Shown piece by piece: positions 1 through 13,903 of a stretch of DNA of 64,000 nt (position 1 is the stretch's first letter; each line of letters opens with the position of its first letter). The stretch is taken from NCBI RefSeq assembly GCF_009914755.1, contig NC_060933.1. One strand, given 5' to 3'. The notes beneath the pieces are model-generated. The model had not been told where the DNA came from. It made no database searches and worked only from the letters and a program-made list of their open reading frames with translations. The translations under genes and the position numbers were made by a program. This DNA comes from the human T2T-CHM13v2.0 reference genome, Homo sapiens.

Positions 1-1
1 T

Positions 2-220
<219 letters not shown>

Positions 221-760
221 TGATCCATCTGCCTTGGCCTCCCAAAGTGCTAGGATTACAGGCATAAGCCACTGCACCTGGCCAGAAACAGGTCTTTTTT
301 AAGGAGTCTGTCAGTGAGGGAGTTAACATAGACTGTAGCTTGGGAAGACAGAGTGGAAATCTTGGCAGGAGATAGCCTAGAGCATCTTAAACTTTAGTGA
401 AGAGAAGAGTGAGAGGAATATCACTTTTTCACCCATCAAAAATGAGTTCCTTCTTTGTAAAAGACATGAGCCATTCTATTACAAAAAGATGAATGATCTT
501 TGCTCTTAATTTCTACTCTGTTAAGAGACACATGCTTGCTAACAAATAGATTTGGTATAGTATGAAGTATTACTGTAAATGAATGTTCAGGGGAACCATT
601 AACACTGATAAGCAGGAAGCCACTCACAAAAGTCAACTTTGAAGTGCTTGATTTTAGGGGGTCAAGTTTTACTTAAATTCTCCTCTCCCTTTTCCTTCTC
701 ACTTCTCCCCTCACCCTAATGAATTTTAGTAAATATCATAATATTTTATTCTCTTTCTAG

Positions 761-967
761 GAAATAAAAACAGCTCATAAATTGGCGAAGAGATGTTATA
801 CAAATCCACCACAGTGGGCCAAGTGTCTGTTTAGTCATTGTTACAGTTTATGGTTTATTTGTCTTCCGGCCTATGTTAGAGTTTCTCATCCTAAAGTCAG
901 AGCACTTCAGCAGGCATATGATGTACTTATTAAGATGAGGAAAACAGATGTGGATCCCTTAGATGAG
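761..967 (+). CDS. DENND4C: DENND4C coding exon (window exon 1/17; gene continues upstream), [19 protein letters not shown]...KTDVDPLDE
   Basis: Acceptor tttctag at 760; 207 nt, phase 0; ends at non-canonical donor GAG/GCAAGT, which joins in frame to VCYRVV of the next exon. Confidence 0.93.
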
Positions 968-1758
968 GCAAGTATAACAAATTGACATTGTTTCTAAGGT
1001 AAATTTTATTTTTGTACTTCTAATAAAATTTGGGTGTAAGTTGCTTTAAAGTGTGCTCAAGCATTTTCATTAAGCAGGAAAGGTAAAACTATTACTGTTT
1101 CATGGAGCTGGTGCATATTACTTGTTTATTTTTTATTTTAATTATTGATTTGTTTTTGTGACAGAGTCTCACTCTGTCACCCAGGCTGGAGTTCAGCAGT
1201 GCGTCCTTGGCTCCCTGCAACCTCTGCCTCCCGGGTTCAGACAGTTCTTGTGCCTCCCGAGTAGCTGGAATTACAGGCACATGTTACCATACCTGGCTAA
1301 TTTTTTTTTTTTTTTTTTGTATTTTTAATAGAGATGGGGTCTCACCGTGTTGGCCAGGCTGGTCTCAAACTCCTGGCCTCAAGTGATCTGCCTGCCTCAG
1401 CTTTCAGTGCTGGGATTACAGGCATGAGCCATCACATCCGGCCATGTTTGTTTATTTTTAAAGAGATGGAGTCTCACTCCTCTCTCGCCCAGGCTGGAGT
1501 GCGGTTGTGTGATCATGGCACCTGGCATATGGTTTTTCTGTTTTTGATTTTTTTTTTTTTTTTTTTTTTTAAGGGATGGAGTCTCACTTTGTTTCCCAGG
1601 CTGGTCTTGAACTCCTGGCTCTTGAACCCCCACCTTGGCCTCCCAAAGTGCAGGGATTACAGGCATGAGCCACTGTGGCTGGCTTCATTTTATTCTTAAT
1701 ATAACTTTATTGGGGAGCAGATAGGGAATAGGCTTTTAGTAAGTGGCTCTCCACTTAG

Positions 1759-1923
<165 letters not shown>

Positions 1924-2151
1924 TGAGTAGCTGGGACTACAGGTGCACACCACCACGTCTAATTTTTTTAGTTTTATTTTTTGTAGAGATGGGGTCTCGA
2001 TATGTTACCTGGGCTGGTCTCAAACTCATGGTGTCAAGCCATCCTTCTACTTGGCCTCCCAAAGTGCCAAGATTATAAATATGAGCCACTGCACCTGGCC
2101 TATGGAACCTATTTGTGTTTTGGATTATCTATTAGAAAATGTAGCTTTGAA

Positions 2152-2341
2152 CTTCTCAACTTTGGCACTATTGATATTTTGGCCCACACAATTGTTTATT
2201 TTAGGGGCCTGTCTTGTACATTGTGTAGGATGTTTAGTAACATCCCTGGCCTCTACCAACTGTATGCCTCTCTTTCCCTGCACAGATCATGACAATCAAA
2301 AATGTTCCCGGAGAGCGAAATTGCTCCTGGAGAACCACTGA
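2152..2341. mobile_element. MER20-like hAT DNA transposon, followed by MIR fragments to ~2560
   Basis: ttctcaactttggcactattgatattttgg...gatgtttagtaacatccctggcctctacc...gagaaccactg. Confidence 0.75.
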
Positions 2342-3289
2342 GGTAGATAATAATAGTTAGCACCTTCATCATAAGGTTAGTTTGAAGGTTAGTTAAATCA
2401 GTTAATATACTTAAAGTGCCTAGTTCATAGTAAGCACTCAGTGAATGATATACTAGACATTTTCATGCATTTTCTCTCTCAAGCCTTAGAAACCATCCTA
2501 AGAAGTAGATACTGATATTATCCAGCTAATGGCTGAGGAAACTGAGGCACTTATTTAGCTTTTTCCAATGCTGTTTTTCCCTTTAAAAATTATTTTTGGT
2601 GTTAAGATAACTATAAATGATGTTTTGAACTAGATTAGAATTAAAAATGAAAAGTCTTTGCTAATAATGTTACAGTATATTTAACTGTCTTCTCATTCTT
2701 TTAAAGACAAATCCTATTTGTTCTGTAGGCATTTTGGAGATACTGTCTTTAATTCCTTTGGCATTGAATGGAAAGCATAGTGATTGGGGAGAGAGAGACT
2801 TTAATTATACTTGATTTTATTTATATTTATTTATTTATTTTTTATTTAGAGACAGTTTTACTCTTTTCCTCCAGGCTAGCATGCAGTGGCGCAGTCTTGG
2901 CTCACTACAATCTCCGACTCCCGGGTTCCAGCAATTCTACTGCCTCACTCTCCCAAAGTAGCTGGGACTACAAGTGCGTGCCACCACGCCTGGCTAATTT
3001 TTGTATATATTTTTTTGTAGAGATGGAGTTTCACTGTGTTGGCCAGGCTGATCTCGAACTCCTGACCTCAGGTGATCTGCCTGCCTGGGCCTCCCAAAAT
3101 TCTGGGATTACAGGCATGAGCTACTGCTCCCGGCCTCTATCCTTGATTTTAGAAATGAATTACCTCTCAAATTATGAGGAGTAATAGTCTTTCTCTTTGT
3201 ATAGATTTAGTTACTCAAACAAATGGAACATGGACACATATGTCTTATATGAAATGGTTAATAATGATGATACTTGCATTAATGAATAG

Positions 3290-3547
<258 letters not shown>

Positions 3548-3761
3548 TGATCCACCCGTCTCAGCCTCCCTAAGTGCTGTGAGGCGTGAGCCACTGTGCC
3601 CAGCCTGAATAGGTCTTAAAAATAATTTGCTAAGATGCTCAAAGCAGAACAAAGGAGAAAATACTGCTTAATAACTTCATGGAAAGAATTCAGTAAAATC
3701 TCTACAATTCACAGATAGATTAGTATACTAATTACTGACACTGATTTTTTTTTTTTGTTAG

Positions 3762-3890
3762 GTGTGCTATCGAGTAGTGATGCAGCTTTGTGGACTTTGG
3801 GGTCATCCTGTTTTAGCAGTGAGAGTCTTATTTGAAATGAAAACTGCTAGGATAAAGCCTAATGCTATTACTTATGGTTATTATAATAAG
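3762..3890 (+). CDS. DENND4C: DENND4C exon 2/17, PPR-like motif [43 protein letters not shown]
   Basis: Poly-T tract + ttag acceptor, AAG/gtaagt donor, 129 nt; FEMK..IKPN..TY is a PPR-type signature. Confidence 0.96.
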
Positions 3891-4019
3891 GTAAGTAGGA
3901 TCGACATTAGGCAAGATGTGGTGTTTATTAAGAATGATTATTTTGTATACCTTTAGTTATTCATGAAACTCCTATTAAAGGAAGTTTTGGGATATAATTT
4001 TTTAATAATTTTTATAATT

Positions 4020-4935
4020 ATTAAAAATTGACAAAAAGTATATATATTTATCATGTACAATATGATGTTTTGAGATATGTATATTGTGGAATGGCTCAAT
4101 CGAGCTATTAAATAATTAACATATGCCTTCATTGTTTTGTGGTGAGAACACTTCTAATCTCTTAGAAATTTTCAAAATACAATACATTGTTATTAACTGT
4201 AGTCCCCATGTTGTTCAATAGACTTCTTGAATTTATTTCTCCTACTGAACTGAAGTTTTGTATCCTTTGACCAACATCTTCCAGTGTCCCCTTTCCCCTT
4301 ACCTCCCAAAGCCCCTGGTAACCATACTTCTAGTCTCTGCTTTTATGGGTTTCACTTTCCTGGATCTCATATATATGTGAGATCTTGCGGTATTTGTCTT
4401 TCTGTGCCTGGCTTATTTCACTTACCATAATGTCCTCTGGGTTCATTCATATTGTCACAAATTACTGGGTTTCCTTTTTTATTTCAGGCTGAATAGTATC
4501 TCGTTGTGTATATATACCACATTTTCTTCATCCATTCATACATTGATAAACACTTAGGTTGATTTCATATGTTGGTTATTGTGAATAATGCTGCAATAAA
4601 CATGGGAGTACAGATCTCTCTTCAATATACTGATTTCATTTCTTTTGCATATCTATACCCAGTAATAGGATTGCTGGATGATATGGTAGCTCTAGTTTTA
4701 ATTTTTTGAGGAAACTCTATACTGTTTGTGAGGAATCTTTTTAATGGCTGTACTAATTTGCATTTCCACCAAGACTGTGTAGGGGTTCTTTTTTCCACAT
4801 CCTTAATCAACATCTTTTGTTTTTTTTGACAATATTCTAACAAGTATGAGGTGATAAGATATCTCATTGTAGTCTTAATTTGCATTTCTCTGATGTTTAG
4901 TAATGTTTAGCATTTTTTAATATACCTCTTGGCCA
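4020..4935 (-). mobile_element. L1 (L1MA-like) 3' fragment
   Basis: Minus ORF 4622-4885 MQIKTTMRY resembles the L1 ORF2 C-terminus; L1M 3' UTR motifs. Confidence 0.85.
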
Positions 4936-5056
4936 GTATAACTTTTTATATTTGTGTATATATATATATATAAACATACACACACACATATATGTATGTA
5001 TTTTTAAAATCAGATATTGCTAATGAACATTATTTTTACCCTTATTTTACCTTTAG

Positions 5057-5201
5057 GTAGTCTTGGAGAGCCCGTGGCCTAGCAGTACCCGCAGTGGTAT
5101 TTTCTTATGGACGAAGGTACGGAATGTGGTACGTGGCTTGGCACAGTTTAGGCAGCCGCTTAAAAAGACTGTGCAAAGGTCACAGGTCTCCTCAATATCA
5201 G
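5057..5201 (+). CDS. DENND4C: DENND4C exon 3/17, [48 protein letters not shown]
   Basis: ctttag acceptor, CAG/gtaata donor, 145 nt, phase 0 to 1, open frame. Confidence 0.95.
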
Positions 5202-5472
5202 GTAATACATGTGATTAGAAATATAATTCCTTACTGAACCATGAGCTTTATAGGCATATGAATTTTTAGCTATGTGAAGTAGAAAACTTAAATTCCGGTA
5301 GACATTTTCACATACATTTAAAGACAGATTGTCTTAGTCCAAAATTATTTTTGTTTTTTTCCAGAAATTTAGAAAGTGTTCTGCAACTATAAATGAACTG
5401 TGGGTCAATCATGTTTAGTTTAAGAGATTATCAATGCATGAGTTATTGAACTGCTATTGTCCTTATCTTTAG

Positions 5473-5619
5473 CTCTTCAAAATGTCACAGGTGGAAGTGA
5501 TGGGGACACGGTGAGCCACGGTAGTGTGGATAGTTCTAATGATGCTAACAATGGGGAGCACACAGTCTTCGTCAGAGATTTAATCAGGCTTGAGTCCATT
5601 GATAATCACTCTAGCACAG
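5473..5619 (+). CDS. DENND4C: DENND4C exon 4/17 (probable cassette), [22 protein letters not shown]...DNHSST
   Basis: ctttag acceptor, weak CAG/gtacta donor, 147 nt, symmetric phase 1-1. Confidence 0.88.
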
Positions 5620-7779
5620 GTACTAAAATCCAGATTTTACTAACCCTTCACTTACTCTCATGTTAAATCTTTCCTTTTTCAAAAAGCTTCTTCCATTCTT
5701 GAGTTTGTGTGATATGACTACTTTAAAAGTACTGTATGCTTACAAGAGAAACAATACGAGTCTGCAGATGACTTCTGTTTATTTCCTATAGTACAAAATT
5801 AGTATGGGAGTGCTGTGCACAGTGCTCTAGCATGATGCTTCTTTGTATTTGTTTATCATTAGTTTGTGAAAGTGTATGCTATAATTAGGAATCATGAGCT
5901 AAGGAACTTGAAAATTAGTGACACAACTTGCAAATCTTTTTAAAAAATTAAATAGAAAATGTATCTTAAAACTTCAAGAGTATGAATATTAAAGAGGGAA
6001 GGAAGGAAGTCACACAATGAGAAAAAGTATTCTCTTTAAGTTACATTTTTTAAGATCTGAGAAGTTATTGAAGCTGCTTTTATGTACATAGCCATGGGAA
6101 TAATCCCTCTCCTCTGAAGTTAGAAATAAGTGTAACTAAAGTAGCACGTTGTGCAGATATATGTGTGTTACATATCCTTCTTCTTGTGTTGTTTTTTTGT
6201 TGTGGTTGTTTTTAATATCTCAAGCCTTCCTTTAAAAAGAATTCTGGGTCTAATTCCTGTGCTTCATCTGATGAACTTGTCTCAATGACTGAAGTTTCCT
6301 TTTCTCTGCTCTTTGTTGCTTTGCTTTTTGCTCTGTGCTGTTTCTTGGTGCTGCATTTGTCCTTGGCTGTCATGGTGTGGGGTGCAGACAGACTTATATG
6401 ACGTGAAGCTATGGATACACGTGTGCATTAATTCTACCCTTGAATGTTAACCACATCAGGTAATTTCCCATTTATTAGGTTAAATTTTGCTGACCTGCAA
6501 GGGTGGGGGAAAGACCTTTCATTGTATTTTAAGTTTGTTTTGAGTGGTAAACAGTTTTCATTTTCTTGCCTTTTCTCCTTCAGATAAATGTAATCATATA
6601 TAGACTCTTGAAAATATCCAGCTAACTTTTTATGGTCAGTTTGCAAAGCATGTTTGTTATCTTATTTGAAAATATATTATGCCTTGCTAAAATTCTTATT
6701 TTGAGGTTGGTTTGTAGCATCAGTGTGACAAATAGTGTTATAGGCATTGAAGAATTAATTGTTTCAGCTGTTAAGGTGGTGTGGCCATTGCTTTCCAAAA
6801 CTTATCTGCTGAATTCTTGTGCTAAAAACAACCTTCACATAATTACAGGAGCATGTGTAAATTTGAAAGTCAACATAAAGCTACAGGTTACAATCCTGTT
6901 TGTAATTAACTTCCTCAGTTTGCCATCATGTTTGTATATTATATTAACAAATAAGAATTTTTATGAAACTTTTATTTTAAAGCCACCATATTTTATTTCC
7001 TCTAGTATTTTTTTCATGATACTTGTAGAAGAAATGGGCTTCATGTATAAAAAGCAAAAAAATATATTTTTTTGTATGAAAACGTTTACCAGGAATAGTA
7101 ATAGTAATACATAAACACCTTTCCCCTTATTCCTTCAGATTTTTAAGTTTACCTCATTATAGAGGCAATTTACTCCTTTAATGGAAATACCAATCTCCTA
7201 GTAATGCTGGGTAATTGGTATAAAGACTTCAATAGTTGGGCACAAACCTTCAGGTCCCCCTTATATATATTTTAGCTGCATTTCAAATGACCGAATGCCA
7301 CATACTGAATTTGCAGTGATGGTGTGTCTCTGTAGAACTTCTGGCGATGCCATTTGATGCTTTTGGAGTCTTCAGCCCAGGTGCTTAAGTTGCTCATTTC
7401 ATTAAGGATTATCTCGTGGAATCTTTCCACTTGGTACCTGGTACAGAGTCACTTAGCTGTTAGGGGCATGTTTGGTTTTAATTTACCCAGGTCCCAGCCT
7501 AGTGTTCATTTCATGGCACCACATTGCTTTACCAGACTTTTTGAGGGAGCTAGTAAAAAAGTGACTGAAGTTAGTCATTCTAAGTAGTAGTATTTAAAGA
7601 CATTTAATTCTTTTGTTGTATGGCAAACCCAGAGTCTGAGTGGCAGTGTAATAAGTGATGGAAAATGGAGGTACTGCATATGTTATTTTATGTGTCTTTT
7701 ATTGACATCTTTATACTGTTTTCTCTAGTACCTGATCTTAGTTTTGATTTTAAAGTATAGAAGTATAAAGTCAAAAAAG

Positions 7780-9300
7780 ACTTTTAAAATATTTGAAATA
7801 ACTTCAAACTTACAGAAAAGTTGCAAGAATAATACAGAAAACTCTCATATCTTTTATCTAGATTCCCTTGTTTTTAGTTTGCCACATTTCCTTTATTATT
7901 TTCATTCTGCATGCATGCACATACCATTTCTTTTTCCTAAGTCATGTGAGCAGGTTACATACATCTTGCCCTTTTACCTCTTTATTATTTCAGTGGCATT
8001 TTCTCTTGTATATAACCACACTTTGGTTACCAAATTCAGGAAAACATTGATATACCACTTTATAATTTATATTCCAAGTTTGTCAGTTATCCCAGTGTTC
8101 CTTGTGGTACTTTAACCCCCTTTCTTTAGTCTTCCTTAACCTGGCATAGTTCTTTAGCCTTTAAAAAATCTTTTATGACCTTGGCCTTTTTGAAGAATTC
8201 ATTTTAATTATTTTGTGGAATGTTTCTTAACTTAGGTTTGTCTGTTATTTCCTAGTGTTTAGGTTATGCATCCATGGGTGTGCTACGTAAATGATGTTGA
8301 CTCCTTCTCAGGTTGTCACGTCCTACAGGCACACACAGTCTGACCTTCATCGGTGATATTAATTTGGATCACCTAGTCTCACTATTGTCTGGTTTCTCTG
8401 TGGATAGTTACTATAATATTTTTTTCCTCTCAGATGATAAGCTATTTTTGAAAGAACACTCTGAGACAATGTGCTAATATCCTTTCTCATGACACTTTCT
8501 CTTTTAAATTTGGCATCCATTGATGATGCTTGCCTGAACCAGTCATTACTATGATGGCTACAAAGTGGTGATTTTGCCAACTCTATCACTGTTTTCATAT
8601 TTAGAAGATGATATTGTAGTATATAGATAATTCTCCATTCTCTATTTTTTTCTTATTTATTATCAGTATGGACTGATGTACTCCTGTTTTATTCATTGAA
8701 ATATAATTCATTACTGTCCTTATTTGGTCCTCAGATTATCCCCGTGTTGGCCAGTGGGAGCTCCTTTAAGCTAGTTTTTATGTCCTTTAGATATTCTCCT
8801 ATTATGTTTCTGAGCACTACCTTTTTGGCACAACAGAATGTTCTAGCTCAATCTTGTACCTTCTCTGTCTGAGCTCTGGAATCAGCCATTTCTTCGGGGA
8901 TCCCAGGTTCTTTTTCATGGGGAATAGATTTTAGAAGCCAAGATTTGGGCTCAGTGTTAACATAGTGTTACTGCTTCTAAACTTTTTTCCTAAGCTAGAA
9001 AATACGTGTACTGTACATAAAAAATAATTTCAGAATTGTCACACCCATTTCTCTGTCAAAAACAAACCTACTAAGATGTTCAGGATTTGTCTGTTACTCC
9101 CAGGCTTAGGGTACATACTCAAAATAATGTGTTCAAAGTTACTTGGATTAGTCCTCCCCTGGCCCTTTCAGTGTGATTATGTTATTCATGTGAAATACAG
9201 TTGGCTTCATTTGTTTCCATTTGCATTCAGTTGCACCCCTTCTATCTTACTGATTTTATTTTTTTTTTAACATGCAGAAGTGTATTCTATCTCCAAAGAT
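7780..9300 (-). mobile_element. Old L1M (L1MC/ME-like) remnant
   Basis: aacttacagaaaagttgcaagaataatac...tctggaatcagccatttc motifs; related segments at ~27100-28500 and ~40310-40490. Confidence 0.6.
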
Positions 9301-9778
9301 AAAAGCAATACCATAAGCCATACATAGAGAAGTTTTCTCCCTCTTTATTCATTGTATCTTATTTCCCCCCAACCCTGGTAGGTAACCATCTTTACTGTTT
9401 TCTGGTTTATTTTGCCTGCATTACTTTTTGCAAAAGTAAGCAGATATATGTGTGTTTTATTCTTACAGAGAAGTTAGCATTCTGTAGACACGGTCTCCAA
9501 AAGAGACTTCCAAACATCTTGTCTAAATCTTTTTAATTTACAGATGAAGAAATTAAGATGTAGTGCTTCCAAATGTGTTTAGTCTTTGATGTTCCTGTTT
9601 CTACTGTTCTTTGCGGCTTATCATTATTTTTAAAATGTTCTGTGTTCCTTGTGTGCTTTCTTGTCTTCCTTTTGTCTAACCGTAATTGTGTAGATCAGTG
9701 GAATTTTCTTGTGATTTTTATATATGAATTATAAGTATATGAAAACATTTATATGTAAGTCTGCATTCTTTTTAACAG

Positions 9779-9901
9779 GTGGTCAGTCTGACCAAGGATA
9801 CGGGTCTAAGGATGAACTTATAAAGGATGATGCGGAAATTCATGTGCCTGAAGAACAGGCAGCAAGAGAATTGATAACTAAAACAAAAATGCAAACAGAA
9901 G
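9779..9901 (+). CDS. DENND4C: DENND4C exon 5/17, GGQSDQGYGSKDELIKDD...KMQTE
   Basis: ttaacag acceptor, AAG/gttaag donor, 123 nt, phase 1-1. Confidence 0.94.
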
Positions 9902-10087
9902 GTTAAGTACTGATATTTACGAACTTTACTTAGAATAATACCTGTATTATTAATAATTAAAAGTTTATCTTAGTTGATAGCTTTGATGATTATTTTCACA
10001 AATGTAAGGTCTGGCTCCTAAGATGCTGTGTACTGTTACATAAGGTAGATTTTGGTAGTCTCTGAAGTTTTAAAATTTAAGAGAACT

Positions 10088-10932
10088 TTCTTTCTTTCTT
10101 TTTTTTTTTTTTTTTTGAGGCAGGGTCTTGCTCTCTCGCCCAGGCTGAGTGCAGTGGCGAGAACATGTATTACTGCAGCCCTATCTCCTGGCCTCATATG
10201 ATCCTCCTGCCTCAGTCCCCTGTCAGCTGGGACCACAGGCACGTGCCACCACACCCAGCTAATTTTTTTATGTTTTGTAGAGACAAGGTCTCACCATGTT
10301 GCCCCGGCTAGTCTTGACCTACTGAGCTCAAGTGATCTTCCTGCCTCAGCCTCCCAAAGTGCTGGGATTACAGGTGTGAGCCACCACACCTGGCTGTAAG
10401 ATACCTTTAGAGACTCTGTAGGTCAGCCCATAATTTTCCAGGGAAGTGTGACCCATTGAGGTATTTGCCAAAATTACATAGCTACTTTTGACAGAACCAG
10501 GACTAAACTTTGAGTTATTAAAACTTCTATTTTAGTGCCCTTTTTAATTCTAAAAGGCTCTTTCACTAGCAGTCCTTCAAATATCTAGGTGCATAGTTTT
10601 CATTGGTAGGTTAAAAATAGTCTATGTGGGCTGGGCGTGGTGGCTCACGCCTGTATTCCCAGCACTTTGGGAGGCTGAGGTGGGCGGATCACGTGGTCAG
10701 GCGTTTGAGACCAGCCTGGCCAACGTGGCGAAACCCCGTCTCTACTAAAAATACAAAAATTAGCCAGGCATAGTGGCAGCACCTCTGTAATCCCAGGTAC
10801 TGGGGAGGCTGAGGCAGGAGAGTCATTTGAACCTGGGAAGCGAAAGTTGCAGTCAGCCAATATTGTGCCATTGCACTCTAGCCTGGGCGACAAGAGCAAG
10901 ACTCCATCTCAAAAAAAAAAAAAAAAAAAAAA
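10088..10932. mobile_element. Head-to-head Alu pair: minus ~10088-10394, plus 10629-10932
   Basis: Alu consensus in both orientations; plus copy has target duplication agtctatgtg. Confidence 0.9.
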
Positions 10933-11417
10933 GTCTATGTGGTTTTTCCCGGTTTTTATAGGACTCATTAAGGCAGAGATAATTTGTTGTAATCATTTTA
11001 TGAAAACATGGAGGAATATTTTGGCTTATGGAATAAGACACTCTTCCTGTTCTCTATCACAAAAGTGTACTTTCTTTAATGTTATTTATTTTATACTCCA
11101 GAGTTATGGAGAAACAAGCCCCTCTCCATTTGCCAAGTGATGAGAAGGAGAACTGAAGGCCAGAGACTTAATTGATTCACTAAAGAACATTTATGTTAGG
11201 ATTATTGAATGCTAAAACAAAGCATTTATTTCAGTTAATATTGGCAGCATTTATGGCATAAAGTAAACCAGACACAGTCTATTTTACTTTGTGTCTAAAG
11301 TAAAATAGACACACTGACTGTTGGAGAAAAATACATACAATATCTAAAAGTCAATATATGGTTTCTGTTTAATATTGGCAAAAGTAGGAATGATAACATC
11401 CAAATATTTTTTTCCAG

Positions 11418-11564
11418 AGGTGTGTGATGCCTCTGCTATTGTGGCAAAACATTCACAACCTAGTCCAGAGCCTCACAGTCCTACTGAACCTCCTGCATGG
11501 GGCAGCAGTATTGTGAAAGTTCCGTCTGGTATATTTGATGTCAACAGCAGGAAAAGTAGCACTG
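11418..11564 (+). CDS. DENND4C: DENND4C exon 6/17, [31 protein letters not shown]...RKSST
   Basis: tttccag acceptor, CTG/gtgagt donor, 147 nt, phase 1-1. Confidence 0.94.
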
Positions 11565-13074
11565 GTGAGTCTTTACATTTTGGTTATTAAATATTTAAAA
11601 TATACTTTTATAGACTCATATGTGTCTTTAATGACATTAAATTTTTGACTTAATTGTAATGAACATGCTAAAGAGCCAGAAGGGACTTTTGAATTCTCTA
11701 AATCGGCTAAAGAAATTGAAAATATTGTTATTTAAAGGTGTTTGATTTTTAAAAGGAGTATTTAGTGTGTTTGTTATTTGGAATACCCTTTCCTGTTGTG
11801 GTGCCTGTCCACCGTTTGGCCACTCTTTCTCATTATAGATAATAAGAAAGTGTACTTTTAGGGCTTCCTGTATGCATCATGAACAGGCAGTGATGTGATC
11901 AAATTCCAGAGGGCTTATGAGTGGCAGGCTAATTCCTATCACTGAAGGGAAATGGAAGAAAAAGATTCACGTCATTTCCCCTCTACACAGATATGCCAGT
12001 GGATCTTTGATTTTGGCCATTGTTATAGGTACCCCAAGCCATTTTTTATTTGTGATTAAGTGTTTGTACTAAATAACCCTGTGTGTATGACTCCCTTGAA
12101 TTTGAGTTTTCTACTTTCATTATATATATAGGCCTCCCAAGACTCTTATGGCACATATCCAAGTATATGATTTTAAAAGACAATGAAATTGGCCTGCATC
12201 CTTTGCCCTTCATTAGTGGTGGCTGCAGTTGACTTTTCTGAAGTTGACTGTCTTGTCTGAAAATGTATCTATTGTATGACTGTACAGAAATTAATTTGTT
12301 CAGCTTCTTAAACCAATGTAAAAGTACTCCTTGTTCTTAAAGTCTTTTCTCTTTGTATTTACCGTGACTCCGAGTTTCACTCATTACTTGTTTGGGTAGT
12401 GCTCAAGAGGTGGGGCTAAAGATTTTTTGAGAAAATAATTGATATATACATTGCAGATTCCATTTTCCTAACCTCTTGATAGCAGAGATACTGGGGAAAA
12501 GGAGGGAAGAGTTTTCTTCGTCAGAGGCTTAGAATCCTCTCAAAATATTGAACTGGACATCGTCTGTGGACTGTTGTGTTTCCTTCCCTTTTAACTTATT
12601 TTCATATTAAGAACGAAGGGCGAGGATAATGGGGCTTTTGTCAGTATAGCAAATTTTTTTTAAAAAACATTGAATAAAATGTGCCGTTAAATTCCTTGGA
12701 AATACTATGAGAACCAATAATATTTGCAAGGATTTGTTTCTCAAATATTGGGACCAGCTTTCAAAGCAGGTACATATTTTGAGTTGTAAAATAGGTTAGT
12801 TTAATTCCCGTGAAGGCTTAAAAGAATATCTCTAAATGCTTATTCTGATTAATTGATATGATTATCAGTACTAACTTGAAAGATTAAAAAGAACCTTGAA
12901 ATCAATCTTGAAGTTTAAAAGAAAGATCTTATCTAAGACAGCTTTTTTCCTTGAAGCACCCAGATATTGTTATGCTTTTTAACAAAACAAATGATGTGAC
13001 TACAGTAAAAAGCAATGGATAAAAAAGAAAACGAAGGAAAAGAAAAACACAAATGAGAATCCTAAATATGAATA

Positions 13075-13903
<829 letters not shown>

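Noticed and set aside
6262-6295. C-box-like TGATGA and D-box CTGA with a cttca/tgaag stem
   Set aside because: Boxes only ~15 nt apart, far too short for a C/D snoRNA, and the k-turn stem register does not fit.
6632-7114. 160-aa hydrophobic ORF in the DENND4C intron
   Set aside because: Composition reflects T-rich intron sequence; no recognisable domain or exon boundaries.
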